Part shown: piece after piece, positions 39,103 to 52,410 of the stretch
Position numbering within the stretch: position 1 is the first letter of the stretch
How the letters are laid out: every line of letters starts with the position of its first letter
Notes under the pieces: model-generated
Told to the model about the DNA's origin: nothing
Database searches by the model: none
What the model saw: the letters and a program-made list of their open reading frames with translations, nothing else
Assembly (NCBI GenBank): GCA_951406725.2
Contig: OX597831.1
Coordinates: 77,748,001-77,812,000 of the forward strand
Origin: Octopus vulgaris
Lineage: Eukaryota
Direction: 5' to 3'
Length of the DNA stretch: 64,000 nt
Made by a program: the position numbers and the translations under genes

Positions 39103-39735
39103 GTATCATGTTATTTGTTGCAATTCATAAAATCATGAAAGGAATGCAGCTATTTTGATATCTCGTGTGTGTGTGTGTATGTGTGTGTGTGTGTCTGTGT
39201 GTGTACGCGTGCGTTTAGTTGGCAAGGAGTGGTTGATAGTTATGCGAGAGATATCTCAGTATGGAGCTCATCAATTTTCCTAGACTTAATATGTCAGAAA
39301 GACCGTGTTACAACAACCTCTCACATCGAAGAAGACGTCCTGTCACCAGCTCGACAATTGACAATGTCAATTGTACCCTTATTCCTCATACGAAATTTAG
39401 GAGGCTTAATGTTTTTCCACGCACATTCACAGACACTCATAGAACAATGTATGTTTCTGCGCGCACAGATACCGATCTCGCTAGCTCTATAAATCTCTGT
39501 TGAGTTACTTATAAGTGACAAATTACTGGACTCGATGCAAATGTAAAGTATTCTTTTATAACTGAACACCTTCACATTTCAATGCTCAGAATTACTTGTC
39601 TCCCATCAGCAGCTGGGAAACAGAGCCCGGTTTCCATTTGAAATATTTTCACTGTTTGAATAGTTTTATAAATATTTCAACAGTGAATATTTCCAGTGAG
39701 TACTCAAAATTGGAGCCTTTCCGTTACAGCCCCCC

Positions 39736-39772
<37 letters not shown>

Positions 39773-40849
39773 AGTGTGTGTGTATATATATATATATATT
39801 TATATAATTAGATATATATATATATATATATATACATAAGTATATATGTGCGTGTGTGTATGTATATGTGTAAGTGTATATATGTGTGTGTGTGCGTGTG
39901 CGTGTGTGTATGTATATATATATATATATATATATATGCATATATACATACATATATTACATACTTACATATATATGTATATAAGCATGCGTATATGGAT
40001 ACAAGACGTAAAAAAAACGTAAACAACATGAATAAGAGGAACAGGAATTACAACAATATGGAAAACGAACTTTTGTTGCGAACAAAGAAAGAAACAAAGA
40101 GAAAAACAACACCGGCAACATTAAGAACAATCCCTTCATCAGTTGTCCACTGTTTTATCTACTCTGCATTTCGATATATTCATACACAAACACACACACA
40201 CACATACACCGAATCCGTCGTTCACATGCTGCCAATTTCCGTCTACCAAAATCCTCCCACAAGGTTTTGGTCGGCCCGAGGCTATAGTAGAAGACACTTG
40301 CCCAAGGTGCCACGCAATGGGACTGAACCCGGAACCATGTGCAGGGGAAGCAAGCTTCTTACCACCACAGCCACTCCTACCAGCTCACTGCCTTCCTTTC
40401 AAATATAATCCTTTCTACAACTTGCGCACGGCACTAAATTTGTGTGGAAGCGAGTTAGTCGATTATATCGACCCTGGGGATCAACTGGTACTTTATCAAA
40501 TAGACTCCAGGGAGTACAGAAGGCAAAGTTGAACTCGACAGCAGCATTTGAATTCTTTTTATTATAGTCACAATACCTGGAGTTGGTGAGGGGGGGACTG
40601 CCAGTCCATTACACCCATCTCACTGTTTAACTAGTACTTATTTTATCGACCCTGAAAGGATGAAAAGCAAAATTAGTCTTGGCATGTTTAAATGAGAAAA
40701 GATAAACCAGTAAACATTTTGTCCGACTAGTTACGGATTCTGCTAGCCCTCTGCCTGCCATTCAAATTTGACAAACACAATACGTTGTACACAGTCACCT
40801 TACTGTAAAACAGCGACATCTGTAACAAGTTCTCTTAAATATAGAACTG

Positions 40850-41200
40850 TATTTTCGAATTGGTACGAAGCCGACATTAGACTTCAATGGAGACATATAG
40901 AGAAACTCCATCAAAAACTAGCTCGTCTTTCAAACCATCTAAATTTCCTGCGTAGATGTAGAAACTCAAAGCTAATACCACCTGGCTTGAATATAATGAC
41001 AGCAGTGGATTTACATAAAGCTAGAAGAGTAGCGGAAAGGGCAGGATATATCCTCGTCTGTGAGAGGATCCATTACAACCGTTGGGAAAAAAACATTAAA
41101 GAAACATCTCTTAAATATAGAACTGTATTATCTAATCTGTAACAAGTCCTTTACAACAACCACTTCAATTATATAGCAACTTAAACAACAAGTATTCTAC
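40850..41200 (+). pseudogene. Penelope-like element ORF N-terminal remnant
   Basis: RHIEKLHQKLARLSNHLNFLRRCRNSKLIPPGL fits the EK...K......H..FL..C....LIP.GL pattern of PLE (Poseidon/Neptune-type) ORF N-termini. Confidence 0.65.
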
Positions 41201-41204
41201 ACAT

Positions 41205-41860
41205 TCATGCTTCCATTGTCCAAGACTGTTGGAAGACGTACCGTTTTCCATTCCGTATTCTATCTATTTAACCCCACGCAGCTTTCTCCAACACCTCTAT
41301 ATAGACAACGGCATTGACTTTTAAGCCCTATGTGAGAAGGTATGACATGTCCCTCGTTGCTGACGACTCCCCAAACTATCAGAATCACTGGAAACTTAGT
41401 ACACATAACCGCTGGAAACTTTTTGGGGTTTCTGCATAATCCCATCTGTCGTTCCTTCAGGTTATCTTTTTGGTCCTGACCGAAGTTTTTCTCAAAGAAG
41501 CATTCCAGCCTCTTAGCGTTTTAGCTTTGCACAGATCGAACGGTTCTTTCTTGTCACATCACAAACGAGACTTGTACAGGTTGTTCTCTTGTACAGCTCT
41601 TCTGAGGGTACATTCTGAAACCCAGAATCCTTTGCAATGGCTTTGTTTGACTTTCTGGTGGGTTTTATCGATTATTTCTTCGACTTTTTATACAGCTGGT
41701 ATTAGGACCCTGTGCATGTTAGATCGCCATCAACAGCTTCCAGCTCCTTTCGAACCTTCACAACGAAGGATCAGGCAACTTTCAGGAAGCGAGCTATCTC
41801 TGTATCATTATGCTGTGCTTTTAAAGCAAAGATAACTGTGTGTCGTTCTATTTGCTGACT
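41205..41860 (-). mobile_element. Degraded Tc1/mariner-superfamily (maT/DD37D-like) transposase
   Basis: Across frameshifts: FEKNFGQDQK, TKFPVILIVWGVVSNEGHVIPSH, GLKVNAVVYIEVLEK, RYVFQQ. Confidence 0.8.
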
Positions 41861-41998
41861 CAACCTGGTGTTTGAGATTATTTATCTGAAAAGGAAGGGA
41901 AAAGAAAAATGTATTAGAAGAAGATAGAGCTCTTGAAAGAGGTATCCGTAAAAGAATGACTCAGCCTGTGTGTGTGCGTGTGCATACATATATATGTG

Positions 41999-42066
<68 letters not shown>

Positions 42067-42703
42067 GAGAGGGGGGGATAGTGTGTGAACAGGCAGAAAG
42101 TGCCGATGCATTTATCGAAACTAAAGCTGTCTTTGTCCCGCTTCATTTACACAGACGCTCCCATGTCACACACGATTTCAGTGATGCCCTTCGGTCTCTG
42201 ATTGGTCATTGAAATCCGGTCACGTGCGCAAGATACAAAAATAAATGATCTTTTCTTCTTTCAGTCATAACACTGCGACCATGCAGTGGGATTGAATCCA
42301 GAACCACATGGTTGGGAGGCAAAATTTTTACCACACAGCCACGCCGGCACCTATTTATAACAGACTTTTATCTTTTCTTTTTCTTGTTTCTGTCATTAGA
42401 CTGCGGCAATGCTGGGGCACCGCACTGAAAAAACTTTAGTCGAACGAGTCGACTCAAGTACTTATTTTTTCTAAGCCTGGTACTTATTCTATCGGTCTCT
42501 TGTGCCGAACTGTTAAGTCACATGTACAAAAAACACACCAACGCCGGTTGTCAAGTGGTGGTGGAGGAGAAATACAGGCTTAGACAAACATACACACACA
42601 CACATATGTATATATATATATATATATATATACCAGAGTAAGCACATAGATGCGAAGCAAGGTGGAAAAAATAGTACTCGAATACCAGAGGTAGAGTAAT
42701 ATG

Positions 42704-42846
42704 CTTTAACAAAAAGCAGCAAAATTATCACAAAAACTGTTACTCAGAGTTTTACGTTCTCCATCGTCGGACAGTTTTTCCGATAAACGGGAACGTGAAA
42801 CTCTGAGTAACAGATTTTGTGATATTTTTGCTGCTTTTTAATAAAG
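42704..42846. ncRNA. Inverted duplication (about 65-bp arms), each arm carrying a hammerhead-like motif (CCGANGA core)
   Basis: Minus arm: actgt CCGACGA tggagaacgt AAAA ctc t gag TA acagt; plus arm: CCGATAA acg ggaa cgt GAAA ctc t gag TA acag. Confidence 0.65.
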
Positions 42847-42869
42847 TGTATATATATATATATATATAT

Positions 42870-43132
42870 AATACAAAAATGGGACAAGAACGCAAAACAT
42901 CCAGACAGGTGAAACGAAAAAAGGGAAAATAAAATATCCAGATACAAGGAAAAGAAAGACGGATCATTCGGAGTTTTCTATCCTCAGTCGAGTTCCAGAC
43001 TATCTTTGCAATTTCGGCTAGTTGCACTCTAGATTACTCCAATCTGGCCAACCCCAAGGGAAAATAAGCAAAGAGCATTACATTCCTTGGAAGAATGCAG
43101 CGAATGTATACGAAAAAAAGGACGGAAAAAAT
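42870..43132 (-). repeat. Unclassified (TA)n-inserted repeat; second copy at 61362-61657 (+)
   Basis: Shared CGTATACATTCGCTGC..CTTCCAAGGAAT..AGCCGAAATTG..TCTGGAACTCGACTGAGGA. Confidence 0.75.
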
Positions 43133-43312
43133 ATATACATATATATACACCACGAGCTTCTTTCAGTTTCCGTCAGCCAAATCCATTTATGAAGCCTTGT
43201 TCAGGCTGAGGCTAGAAGACACTTGTCAAAGGTGCCACGCAGTGGAACTGAACCCGGGACCATGTGACTGAGAATCAAACTTCTTACCACACAGCCGCGT
43301 CTGCGCTTTAGG

Positions 43313-43417
43313 AATATAGAAAGCTTCACGAACTTGCGTGTCATCCTTGTGCAGGGGCCATGCTAATCTTCTCTGTATCGTTCGAAATTTAGTACAAGCA
43401 TAAACCGAATCTGCTCT
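43313..43417 (-). pseudogene. U6: U6 snRNA pseudogene
   Basis: Minus strand TACTAAATTTCGAACGATACAGAGAAGATTAGCATGGCCCCTGCACAAGGATGACACGCAAGTTCGTGAAGCTTTCTATATT: ACAGAGA box and ISL retained, 5' stem degraded, no T-run terminator. Confidence 0.95.
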
Positions 43418-43838
43418 TCAGAATAATTCAAGACAAATTAATGAATCGTGCCAAGCGGCGCAGACGACCACTTTGTTTTCGCTTTGCAGCATCTTATTCC
43501 CTTTGAGTGTAAACAGCCGAGTTTAAAAGCTGTTGTTATCTCTCCTAATTGATTCTGGTATCATTTACAACTCGTGGAACAGTTTCAGCTATTTGTTAGA
43601 CATACTGTCAACCTCTTTATAGCAATATAGTCGAATTCCAATAGCCTCCTCTCAGATATTTCAGCTCTGGTGTCATTTTACTGATGACTTCCTTTTAAAA
43701 CTAAAGTCATTAGCATAAAGTTCTGTGACTTAAATAATATATTTGGTCGCCATGTTTACATAAGCCCGTTTCTGCTCAAGTTTCTTCCTGTGTTGTGTAC
43801 CGTTGAACACAATGGTTGAGGAAGCTTACCGGATTTTT

Positions 43839-43889
<51 letters not shown>

Positions 43890-44084
43890 CACACACATAC
43901 ACACTCACGCGCGCGAAACATTCTTATAGACAAGTGTGTCTAGGAGTTTGGTTGTGTGTGTGTGTGTACGTGTGTGTTTGTGCGCGCGTGTGAAGACGTG
44001 CGCGTGTATATAGCCCATAACCCATCATATATGCGCACTCATATATGGAACTGTGTGCATACATGTGAATGTATGTATATATAT

Positions 44085-44136
<52 letters not shown>

Positions 44137-44193
44137 GTATATACGCATATGAGTGCATATACATTTATATGTATACACACACACATGTATATA

Positions 44194-44240
<47 letters not shown>

Positions 44241-44384
44241 GTATAATGTTGGTTTTATTGTGACCTTGAGTTTCAGTTTTAACGGCATTTTTTTCATTCA
44301 TTAAAATATCTCTGTGTCAGTGTGTATCATTGGGGCATACACACACACACGCACACACATTCGGATACACGCATGCACACACAC

Positions 44385-44440
<56 letters not shown>

Positions 44441-44728
44441 TCGGATACACACATGCACACACACACACACACACGCACACACGCACACATACGGATACAC
44501 ACACACATACAGAGACACACACACACACATACAGATACGCGCGCACACACTTATAAACACGTAACACATAAATACACATGAACACGAGCACAGGAGAGAC
44601 ACTGTACGCATTTACAAAACACACACACACACATACACGCACTCGTAAGTTTGTATGCAACTATGCAGGTGCTTAATATGTAATTATATTATTCATACAG
44701 ATATGTGTGAGAGCGCAGCTTCGTGTCT

Positions 44729-44865
<137 letters not shown>

Positions 44866-45275
44866 GGCGCAGGAGTGGCTGTGTGGTAAGTAGCCTGTTT
44901 ACCAACCACATGGTTCCGTGTTCAGTCCCACTGCGTGACACCTTCGGCAAGTGTCTTCTGCTATAGCCTCGGGCCGACCAAAGCCTTGTGAGTGGATTTG
45001 GTAGACGGAAACTGAAAGAAGCCCGTCGTATATATGTATATATATATATATGTATGTGTGTGTATATGTTTGTGTGTCTGTTTGTCCCCCTAGCATTGCT
45101 TGACAACCGATGCTGGTGTGTTTACGTCCCCGTCAATTAGCGGTTCGGCAAAAGAGACCGATAGAATAAGTATTGGGCTTACAAAGAATAAGTTCCGGGG
45201 TCGATTTGCTCGACTAAAGGCGGTGCTCCAGCATAGCCGCAGTCAAATGACTGAAACAAGTAAAAGAGTAAAAGA

Positions 45276-45277
<2 letters not shown>
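44866..45277 (+). mobile_element. Full-length young SINE 'A' after about 130 bp of (TA)n
   Basis: Complete head, internal microsatellite and tail. Confidence 0.95.
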
Positions 45278-45307
<30 letters not shown>

Positions 45308-45348
45308 TCTTTTCTATATACTCTTTTGCACGTAATGTATATATATAT

Positions 45349-45379
<31 letters not shown>

Positions 45380-45671
45380 CATTTATGTATAGTTATTCTA
45401 TAAAAGTATGAAAGAGAAAAATGCTAAAGAATGATGGACCAACGGACAGACAGACGAACGGGCGGACAGAGAGATGGGAAAGAGAGAGGGAGAGGCAGAG
45501 AGGCAGAGGTGGGGTTAGGGGGGGGGAAGGAGAAGCAAATATTTCTCACTGGATAAATTGCAAAGTTTTGGATTATTTCTAATCTGGGGAAGTCGTCAAT
45601 CATTTCGTTGTGGCTTTTGTAATTAATTATTCAACAGCATTTTGTGTTTTCTGCCTTCCTTAATTACTTTT

Positions 45672-46335
45672 GACCACCGCTTCCACCACTACAGCCACCA
45701 CCATTACCACCACCACCACCACCACCACCACCACCACTAACAAATACCACCATCACCATCACCACCACCATCATCATCATCATCATCATCATCATCATTG
45801 TCATCATCATCATTGCCATCATCACCTCCACCACCACCACCACCACCATTACCACTAACAAATACCACCATCACCATCACCAACACCACCACCACCACAA
45901 TCACCACCACCACAACCACCACAATCACCACCACCACCACCACCACCACCACCACCACAATCACCACCACCACCACCACCACCGCCACCACCATCACCAC
46001 CACCACCACCACCACTACCACCACTACAGACACCATCATAAATACCATCACTACTACTGCTACTACAACTACTACTACTACCACCACCACAGCAACCACT
46101 AACAGAATCAACACTACCAACACCACCATCATTACCGTCACCGCCACCATCATTCCATTACCATCATCGCAGATACCACCACTACAGATACTAACGCCGC
46201 CGCCACCACCACCACAGTCATTATCGTTACCATAACTACCAACTCCAACAACGCAAAAACCATTTCTACAACTACTACAGACACAACCACTGCCGCCATC
46301 ACACCATTACCACCACCACCACCACCACCACCACC
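45672..46335. repeat. Compound (CAC/CAT/TAC)n triplet region
   Basis: Direct inspection. Confidence 0.9.
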
Positions 46336-46654
46336 AATGCTACCGGCCAACACCTTTGTTATTTTCACCTTCATAAATACAATGATTTGTAACGTTCGCA
46401 TAAGGCGACGGATTTGATAGGAACGGGTGGGGTGCGTATTAGTGAAACAGACGCTTCAATCTACCCGGGTACTTTCTCGTCTCGAGCTGGTGGTAGCTTA
46501 CTTTATCACACCCCCAGCCCCCGCCGGCACCCCGGATATATAGGAAAGGGGACCTTGATACAACTGGAATGAACGGATTGATTGAAATACCACAAGGTAT
46601 TTCGCACTGTATTCTACAGCCGCTTCTGACAGTTAGTAATCTAAGATTGGTTTA

Positions 46655-47456
46655 GCACAAGGCTAGCAATTTTGAGGGAGGGGGTAAGTTGATTGCATCG
46701 ACCCCAGTACGCAACTGGTACTTATTTTACCGACCTCGAAAGGAGGAAAAGCAAAGCTGGCCTCAGCGGAATTTGAACTCAGAACGTACGAATGAACGAA
46801 ATGCCGCTAAGCATTTTGCCCGGTGTGCTAGCGATTCTTTTCTACTCTAGGCACAAGACCCGAAATTTTGGGGGAGGGGGCCAGTCGATTACATCGACCC
46901 TTGTACGCAACTGGTGATTAATTTATCGAATCCGAAAGGATAAAAAGCAGAGTCGACCTCGGTGCAATTTGAACTCAGGACGTAAAGACAGACGAAATAC
47001 CTATTTCTTTACTACCCACAAGGGACTAAACACAGAGGAGACGAAAAAGAACAGACAAACAGTTTAAGTCGATTACATCGACCCCAGTGCTTAACTGGTA
47101 CTTATTAAATCGACCCCGAAAGGATGAAAGGCAAAGTCGATCTCGGCAGAATTTGAACTCAGAACGTAACGGCAGACGAAATTCGGCTACGCATTTCGCC
47201 CGTTGTGCTAACGGTTCTGCCAGCTCGCCGCCTTATATATGCTTTTCTACTCTAAGCACAAAGCCCAAAATTTTAGGGGAGGGGGCCAGTCGATTAGATT
47301 GACCCCTGTACGCAACTGGTACTTAATTTATCGACCCCGAAATGATGAACGGCAAAGTCCACCTCGGTGGAGTTTGAACCCCAGAAGGTAAAGACAGACG
47401 AAATACCGCTAAGCATTCCTCCTGGCGTGCTGGCGTTTCTGCTAGCTCGCCGCCTT
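46655..47456 (-). mobile_element. Tandem array of four SINE 'B' monomers
   Basis: Cores near 46730, 46925, 47110 and 47330. Confidence 0.9.
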
Positions 47457-47479
47457 CCACTAATCTAATATTAATGATA

Positions 47480-49280
47480 ATTTCTTTTATTAGCCATAGT
47501 GGCATAGATGAAAGGGGACATCATAGGGAACAGACAACAATTTTTATAGGGATTTGCTTAAAAGTTGGGGAGAGAAAATGGAAGAGATGGTGAAATACGA
47601 TAAAAGTAAACATATTCAGCGTATCTGATAAAATGAATGATGCCGTCCTCATGATACAAAGGATACTGCAACTAGGGCCAATCAAAAAACCCTACAGATC
47701 CAGGATTACCCTGACCACTAAAGGTATGAGCCCTCTCCCATACTCTTTTAACCAGATTGTCGCGGGAGCAAATTATCCATTATAGGGCCTGCTGACAAGT
47801 GATGTCCGTGGATGGAATTCCTGGCCACTGGAATCCGACCTTACGTGAGAACCAAAACAGCAGACAGCAGACATTCCAGTCTAGTGAGATATGAATGGGA
47901 GCATGCGACGATGGTAAGAAGATGATAAAATTACCTATGTAGGCGTTCTACAACACCCATGGCCGAGTTTTCAAGTATAATATCACCTCAAGCCAATATA
48001 TATGATACTGGGCTCTACTCTTTGGTTATCGTCCCAGTTCCTATCCATCTAAAGGCTTAGATTGATCCACACCTGCAAGCTCTTTAATTAATCCCTTAAT
48101 CTCATGACAGTTGACAAAGCTGTTGGTTGGTTAACAAGGACTTGCTATTTTAGGCTCTGAGCTGCACAGTCGTTGTCAAAAGGGGATCCTGTAACCACCG
48201 GATATTTCTTCTCTGTGGCACTATTAACTTCAAATTTTCTAAGTATCCTACTCCAAGATGTTACTCTACATAAGCTGATACGGCAATCATACGTACCAAC
48301 TAAAGCGGGATATGCATCTCCATCCAAAGAGGAAAAAAGGGGGAGAGGAAAAAAAAAAGATAGATTGATAGATAGAACACTAAAGAGATGAGATCAGATA
48401 TTCTTGACAAATGGTTTTCTATGGTGACCATTTATCACAACCATCCAGCTGATGCTGCTGTGCAACGCAGGGATCCAGTTTCTGAACATTAGATAGGAAC
48501 CAACAGTGTGCAGCACATTCGTGAGTGTTTTCGATTTATTCAAGCTGATCAACTCCCGCTCCACCCTCTCCAATGAGGGGAATTACAACCGTGTTTCGTG
48601 GTCTACTACCACAATAGCTTCGTTATAGGATCAAGTTAGCTCAAGACACCATCAGGAGGAACCACGTCCGGTTTCGGCCCCTACTCCTCTACCTTTCGCA
48701 GGTGTCTTCAGCTCTGGTGTTGGGTGCATGTCTTCTTTCTTCTTTCTTCTGTTCCCTGGCCTCTTCGATGTAGCGCCAACGAGTATCAGCGGACGACTGA
48801 CTGACTTGTCAAATTTTTTTCCCTTTAAATACCTGCTGCTAGGCTCCAGCTGGCAGCCCCAGCAAGTTGTCACGTGACACTGTCTCAACTTTAACTGACC
48901 AACTCCCGTTCCAATAACATCTACAGTCCACCCTCTCTACAATGAATTGAATGAAACAGAATTCTCCTGGATTTGGGTGTTTATCTGGGATGGCAAAGGT
49001 CTATACATTACCTTCGATACTATCTGCTACTTGCACTAACCTCTTCGCGGGTATCTTGTTTAAGATCTTTAGCTCTACGTGAAACTAAATTATACAACTT
49101 TATTTTTTTCACGACGTATTCTTTTTGCATTCTTTCTCGGCTGTTCTATCATTACCTCGATTCACACCACTGGGAAGTTTTCTGGTCTGCTGCCAGTTCT
49201 GCTAGACGTCTGATAGGAAAAAACTAGTCGAACATAGCGTCCATACCAATTCTTTTCTTTCACTCGGTTCCTTGACAGTA
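47480..49280 (-). mobile_element. Older, heavily decayed Tx1-like LINE related to 25370-27468
   Basis: Minus-strand fragments WIPALHSSISWMVVINGHHRKPF, AVSAYVE, KKYPVVTG, MDRNWDD, LTIVACSHSYLTRLECLL are collinear with the younger copy; TCWGC upstream; 3' AATAAA; 5' boundary uncertain. Confidence 0.75.
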
Positions 49281-49799
49281 CGCATCGAAGCCCGCTGTCA
49301 GTAAACTATTGCCGAAAATACCCATGCTTGTTAGGAAAGTGACATAAATAGCCCCCTGCGGTCCGTCAAAACATATTTGGAAACAATGAACATGAAACCC
49401 CTTTGTTACCCGGGTCAATTGAATGGTTTTAGGGCCTTCTTGTCTTCGTTTCTTTATGCCTTAACACATTCATCTTAGATCGAACAACAACATCATTTGT
49501 GCTCAGCGTTAAAAAATTTGGTCAAGTGCCAAGTACTTTCTGACAAATAGTTTCTTCAAAATTAGTTATTATCTACCACTCCTGTCTAATATATTATGTG
49601 GCTACTTCCTCACTCCACCCTTCCACCACCGATTCTCTTTCAATGCTTCTTTTCCAAACCCCTCCCCCGCTACCATCTGTTCTTTATAATTGGCCCCGTC
49701 AATTCCTTGCTTAATTAGCTCTCTAAGCCGAAGTTTGTCGTCTCACCCACCGTGAACCAAGATTTCAGCTTTCTGCTTTACTTTCAGGGTTTAAACCGT

Positions 49800-50209
49800 C
49801 ATCTCCCCTCTCTCTCTCTCTCTCTGTCTATCTATCTATCTATCTCTCTCTTTCTCTTTCTCTCCCTCTCTCCTCCCTCTCCTCCTATTTTTTGTCGTTT
49901 TCATTCTCTCTTTCTCATTCATTCTCCCTTTCTCTCTCTCTTCTTCTCTCTCACTTTTCACTTTCTCTGCATCTCTCTCCTCCCTCTCTCTCTCTCTCTT
50001 CCTCTCTTTCTCTCTTTCTCTTTCTCTCCCTCTCTCCTCCCGCTCTTCCTATTTTTTGTCGTTTTCATTCTCTCTTTCTCATTCATTCTCCCTTTCTCTC
50101 TCTCTTCTTCTCTCTCACTTTTCACTTTCTCATCATCTCTCTCCTCCCTCTCTCTCTCTCTTTCTCTCTTTTTTCTCTCTCTTTCTTATTCCTTTTTATC
50201 TCTGTGGCT

Positions 50210-50271
<62 letters not shown>

Positions 50272-50420
50272 CCCTTCTTATTTCTCCCATTCATTCTCTC
50301 TTTTTCTCTCTTCTTCTCTCTCACTTTCCGCTTTCTCTCTGTCTCTCTCTCTCTCATTTTGTTTTCTTTTCTCTCTCTCTTTCTTATCGTCTCTCTCTAC
50401 CTCTCTCTCTCTCTTCCATC
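49800..50420. repeat. Polypyrimidine tract with a tandem duplication of about 165 bp
   Basis: CCTATTTTTTGTCGTTTTCATTCTCTCTTTCTCATTCATTCTCCC at about 49884 and 50049, partial third copy near 50275. Confidence 0.85.
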
Positions 50421-50851
50421 CCGTATTAGGTTTTTCAGAGACTTCGTTAGTAAATGCTTTGAATTCTGACTTCTAGCAACATCTTGCCCACCACCATTCT
50501 TGTGCTAGAGTAGATTCCTTATCCCTCTTCTACAGTGACTCGACTTGCTGGAAATAACCACCAAATGGCTTCACTAAATAACTTACTGTCTTAAACTGGG
50601 TCGATGTTTTAACCACTGACAGAGAGACGCGAATGGACAACACATTTAAACATAGGCGCGCTGGATTAGAACCAACCTGAGATTAAATCTCAACATCACC
50701 GCCACCACCACCACTACCACCACTACCACCACCACCACTACCACCACTACCACCACCACCACCACCGCCATTACCATCACCGCATCCGTCATAGCAACTA
50801 CAAGCAACATCATGAACAAAACCTGTTACTAAAAAAGAACACTCCCGTTAG

Positions 50852-51175
50852 GAGTACTCCGTCGGTTACGACGACGCGGGTCCCAGCTGATACGATCAAC
50901 AGAACAACTTGCTCGTGAAATTAACGTGCAAGTGGCTGAGCACTCCGCAGACTCGTGTACCCTTAACGTAGTTCTCAGGGAGATTCAGTGTGACACAGAG
51001 TGTGACAAGGCTGGCCCTTTGAAATACAGGTACAGCTAGTTTTTGCCACCTGAGTGGACTGGAGCAATGAGAAATAAAGTGTCTTGCTCAAGGAAACAAT
51101 GCATCGCCAGGAATCGAACTCACGACCTTACAATCGTGAGTCGAATACCCTAACTACTAAGCCACGCGCCTTCAC
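50852..51175 (-). mobile_element. SINE (head 2 with CCTTGAGCAAGACACTT plus tail Y)
   Basis: 3' half matches SINE C; 5' half is a different tRNA-like head. Confidence 0.8.
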
Positions 51176-52055
51176 ACTTCAGTGAATATAGTCCTAGATA
51201 CACTATGACTAGAAAAGAAAATTAAATGTGTGTGATTATAAATGGAATATCTTTGGTTCATATAGCTCTGCCCGATCGAAGCTGAACTGAGGTTAAAAAT
51301 CAACAACAGCGATAACAGAAACAAGCGCTAAGATACTCAGTGGAAGCTATATATTATCTTTTGATAGACACCTTGTGATGCACTTCAACATGGCTGCATA
51401 CCATTATTTAACTAATTTAATTATGGTATAACCCGAAGAGTTGAGAGATTCTATGTAACGCGTTGCATAATCTAATAAATATTGCACTCTCTACATGCCT
51501 ACGTGTATGACGTTGGGTCACAAATTTTTGAATGAAACATTTGTTGTTATATCATAAAATCTGTTCATCTGTTTTATTAATTTGTGTTCACAGATATTTA
51601 TTGTGAAACCCCCAGGTCAGACTTAAAAGAGCCGACCCAGCTCTTTTAGTATTCCGGTATTCTTTCCAGCCTTCACCATCCAGTCTTTTGTCTGAGACAT
51701 AAGATCTTTTAACTGTAAGCTGACTAGATGCCTTTACACCTACTTGTCTAAATTTAAAAAAAGTTTTCTCCGTAACAAAATACAATGAAAGTCATTCGAA
51801 CGGATCCGAATATGCCCCAAACATAATCCAAGTGGAAATAATCTTGTGTTTATATTCATCACTGCTTAGCGTTTTCGTCGCGTATTTTATTTACGGTGAG
51901 TCACCGAACACCGCAACCAATCATTGAACGATGACGGAAATATCATAAGGAGGGACCTGTGTCTCTGGTCAGTTCGCAGCGTCTCTCTTTACGGTCTCTG
52001 CAGCCGAAGAGAATATAACAACTCCGAACTGCATGCATACTTTTAATTTTGCGTT

Positions 52056-52410
52056 TACTTGTTTCAGCCATTTGACTGCGGTCATGTTGGAGCACTGCCT
52101 TTAGTCGAAGAAATCAACACCCAGGTCTTATTCTTTGTAAACCTAGCACTTGTTGTAAACATCTCTTTGACCAAACCACGACGTTACGGGGATGTAAACA
52201 CACCAGCATCGGTTGTCAAACGATGGTGGGTGGGGGACAAACACACACGAATATATACACAGATATTTATACGACGGGCTTCTTTCAGTTTCCATCTACA
52301 AAATCTACTCACAAGGCTTTGGTCGACCCAAGGCTGTAGCAGAAGACACTTGCCTAAGGTGCCACGCAGTGAGACTGAACCAGGACCCATGTGGCTGGAA
52401 AGCAGGCTTC
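52056..52410 (-). mobile_element. SINE 'A' (diverged)
   Basis: Reverse-complement match. Confidence 0.85.

Larger units (their letters stand above)
42368..43306 (-). mobile_element. SINE 'A' split by about 500 bp of insertions in its internal (TA)n
   Basis: Tail half 42368-42630, head half 43140-43306. Confidence 0.8.

Noticed and set aside
43313-43417. Functional U6 gene
   Set aside because: The 5' stem-loop is decayed, there are internal substitutions, and the oligo-T terminator is missing.
45664-46401. Mucin-like Thr-rich or His-rich ORFs
   Set aside because: Compound triplet microsatellite with no single consistent reading frame.
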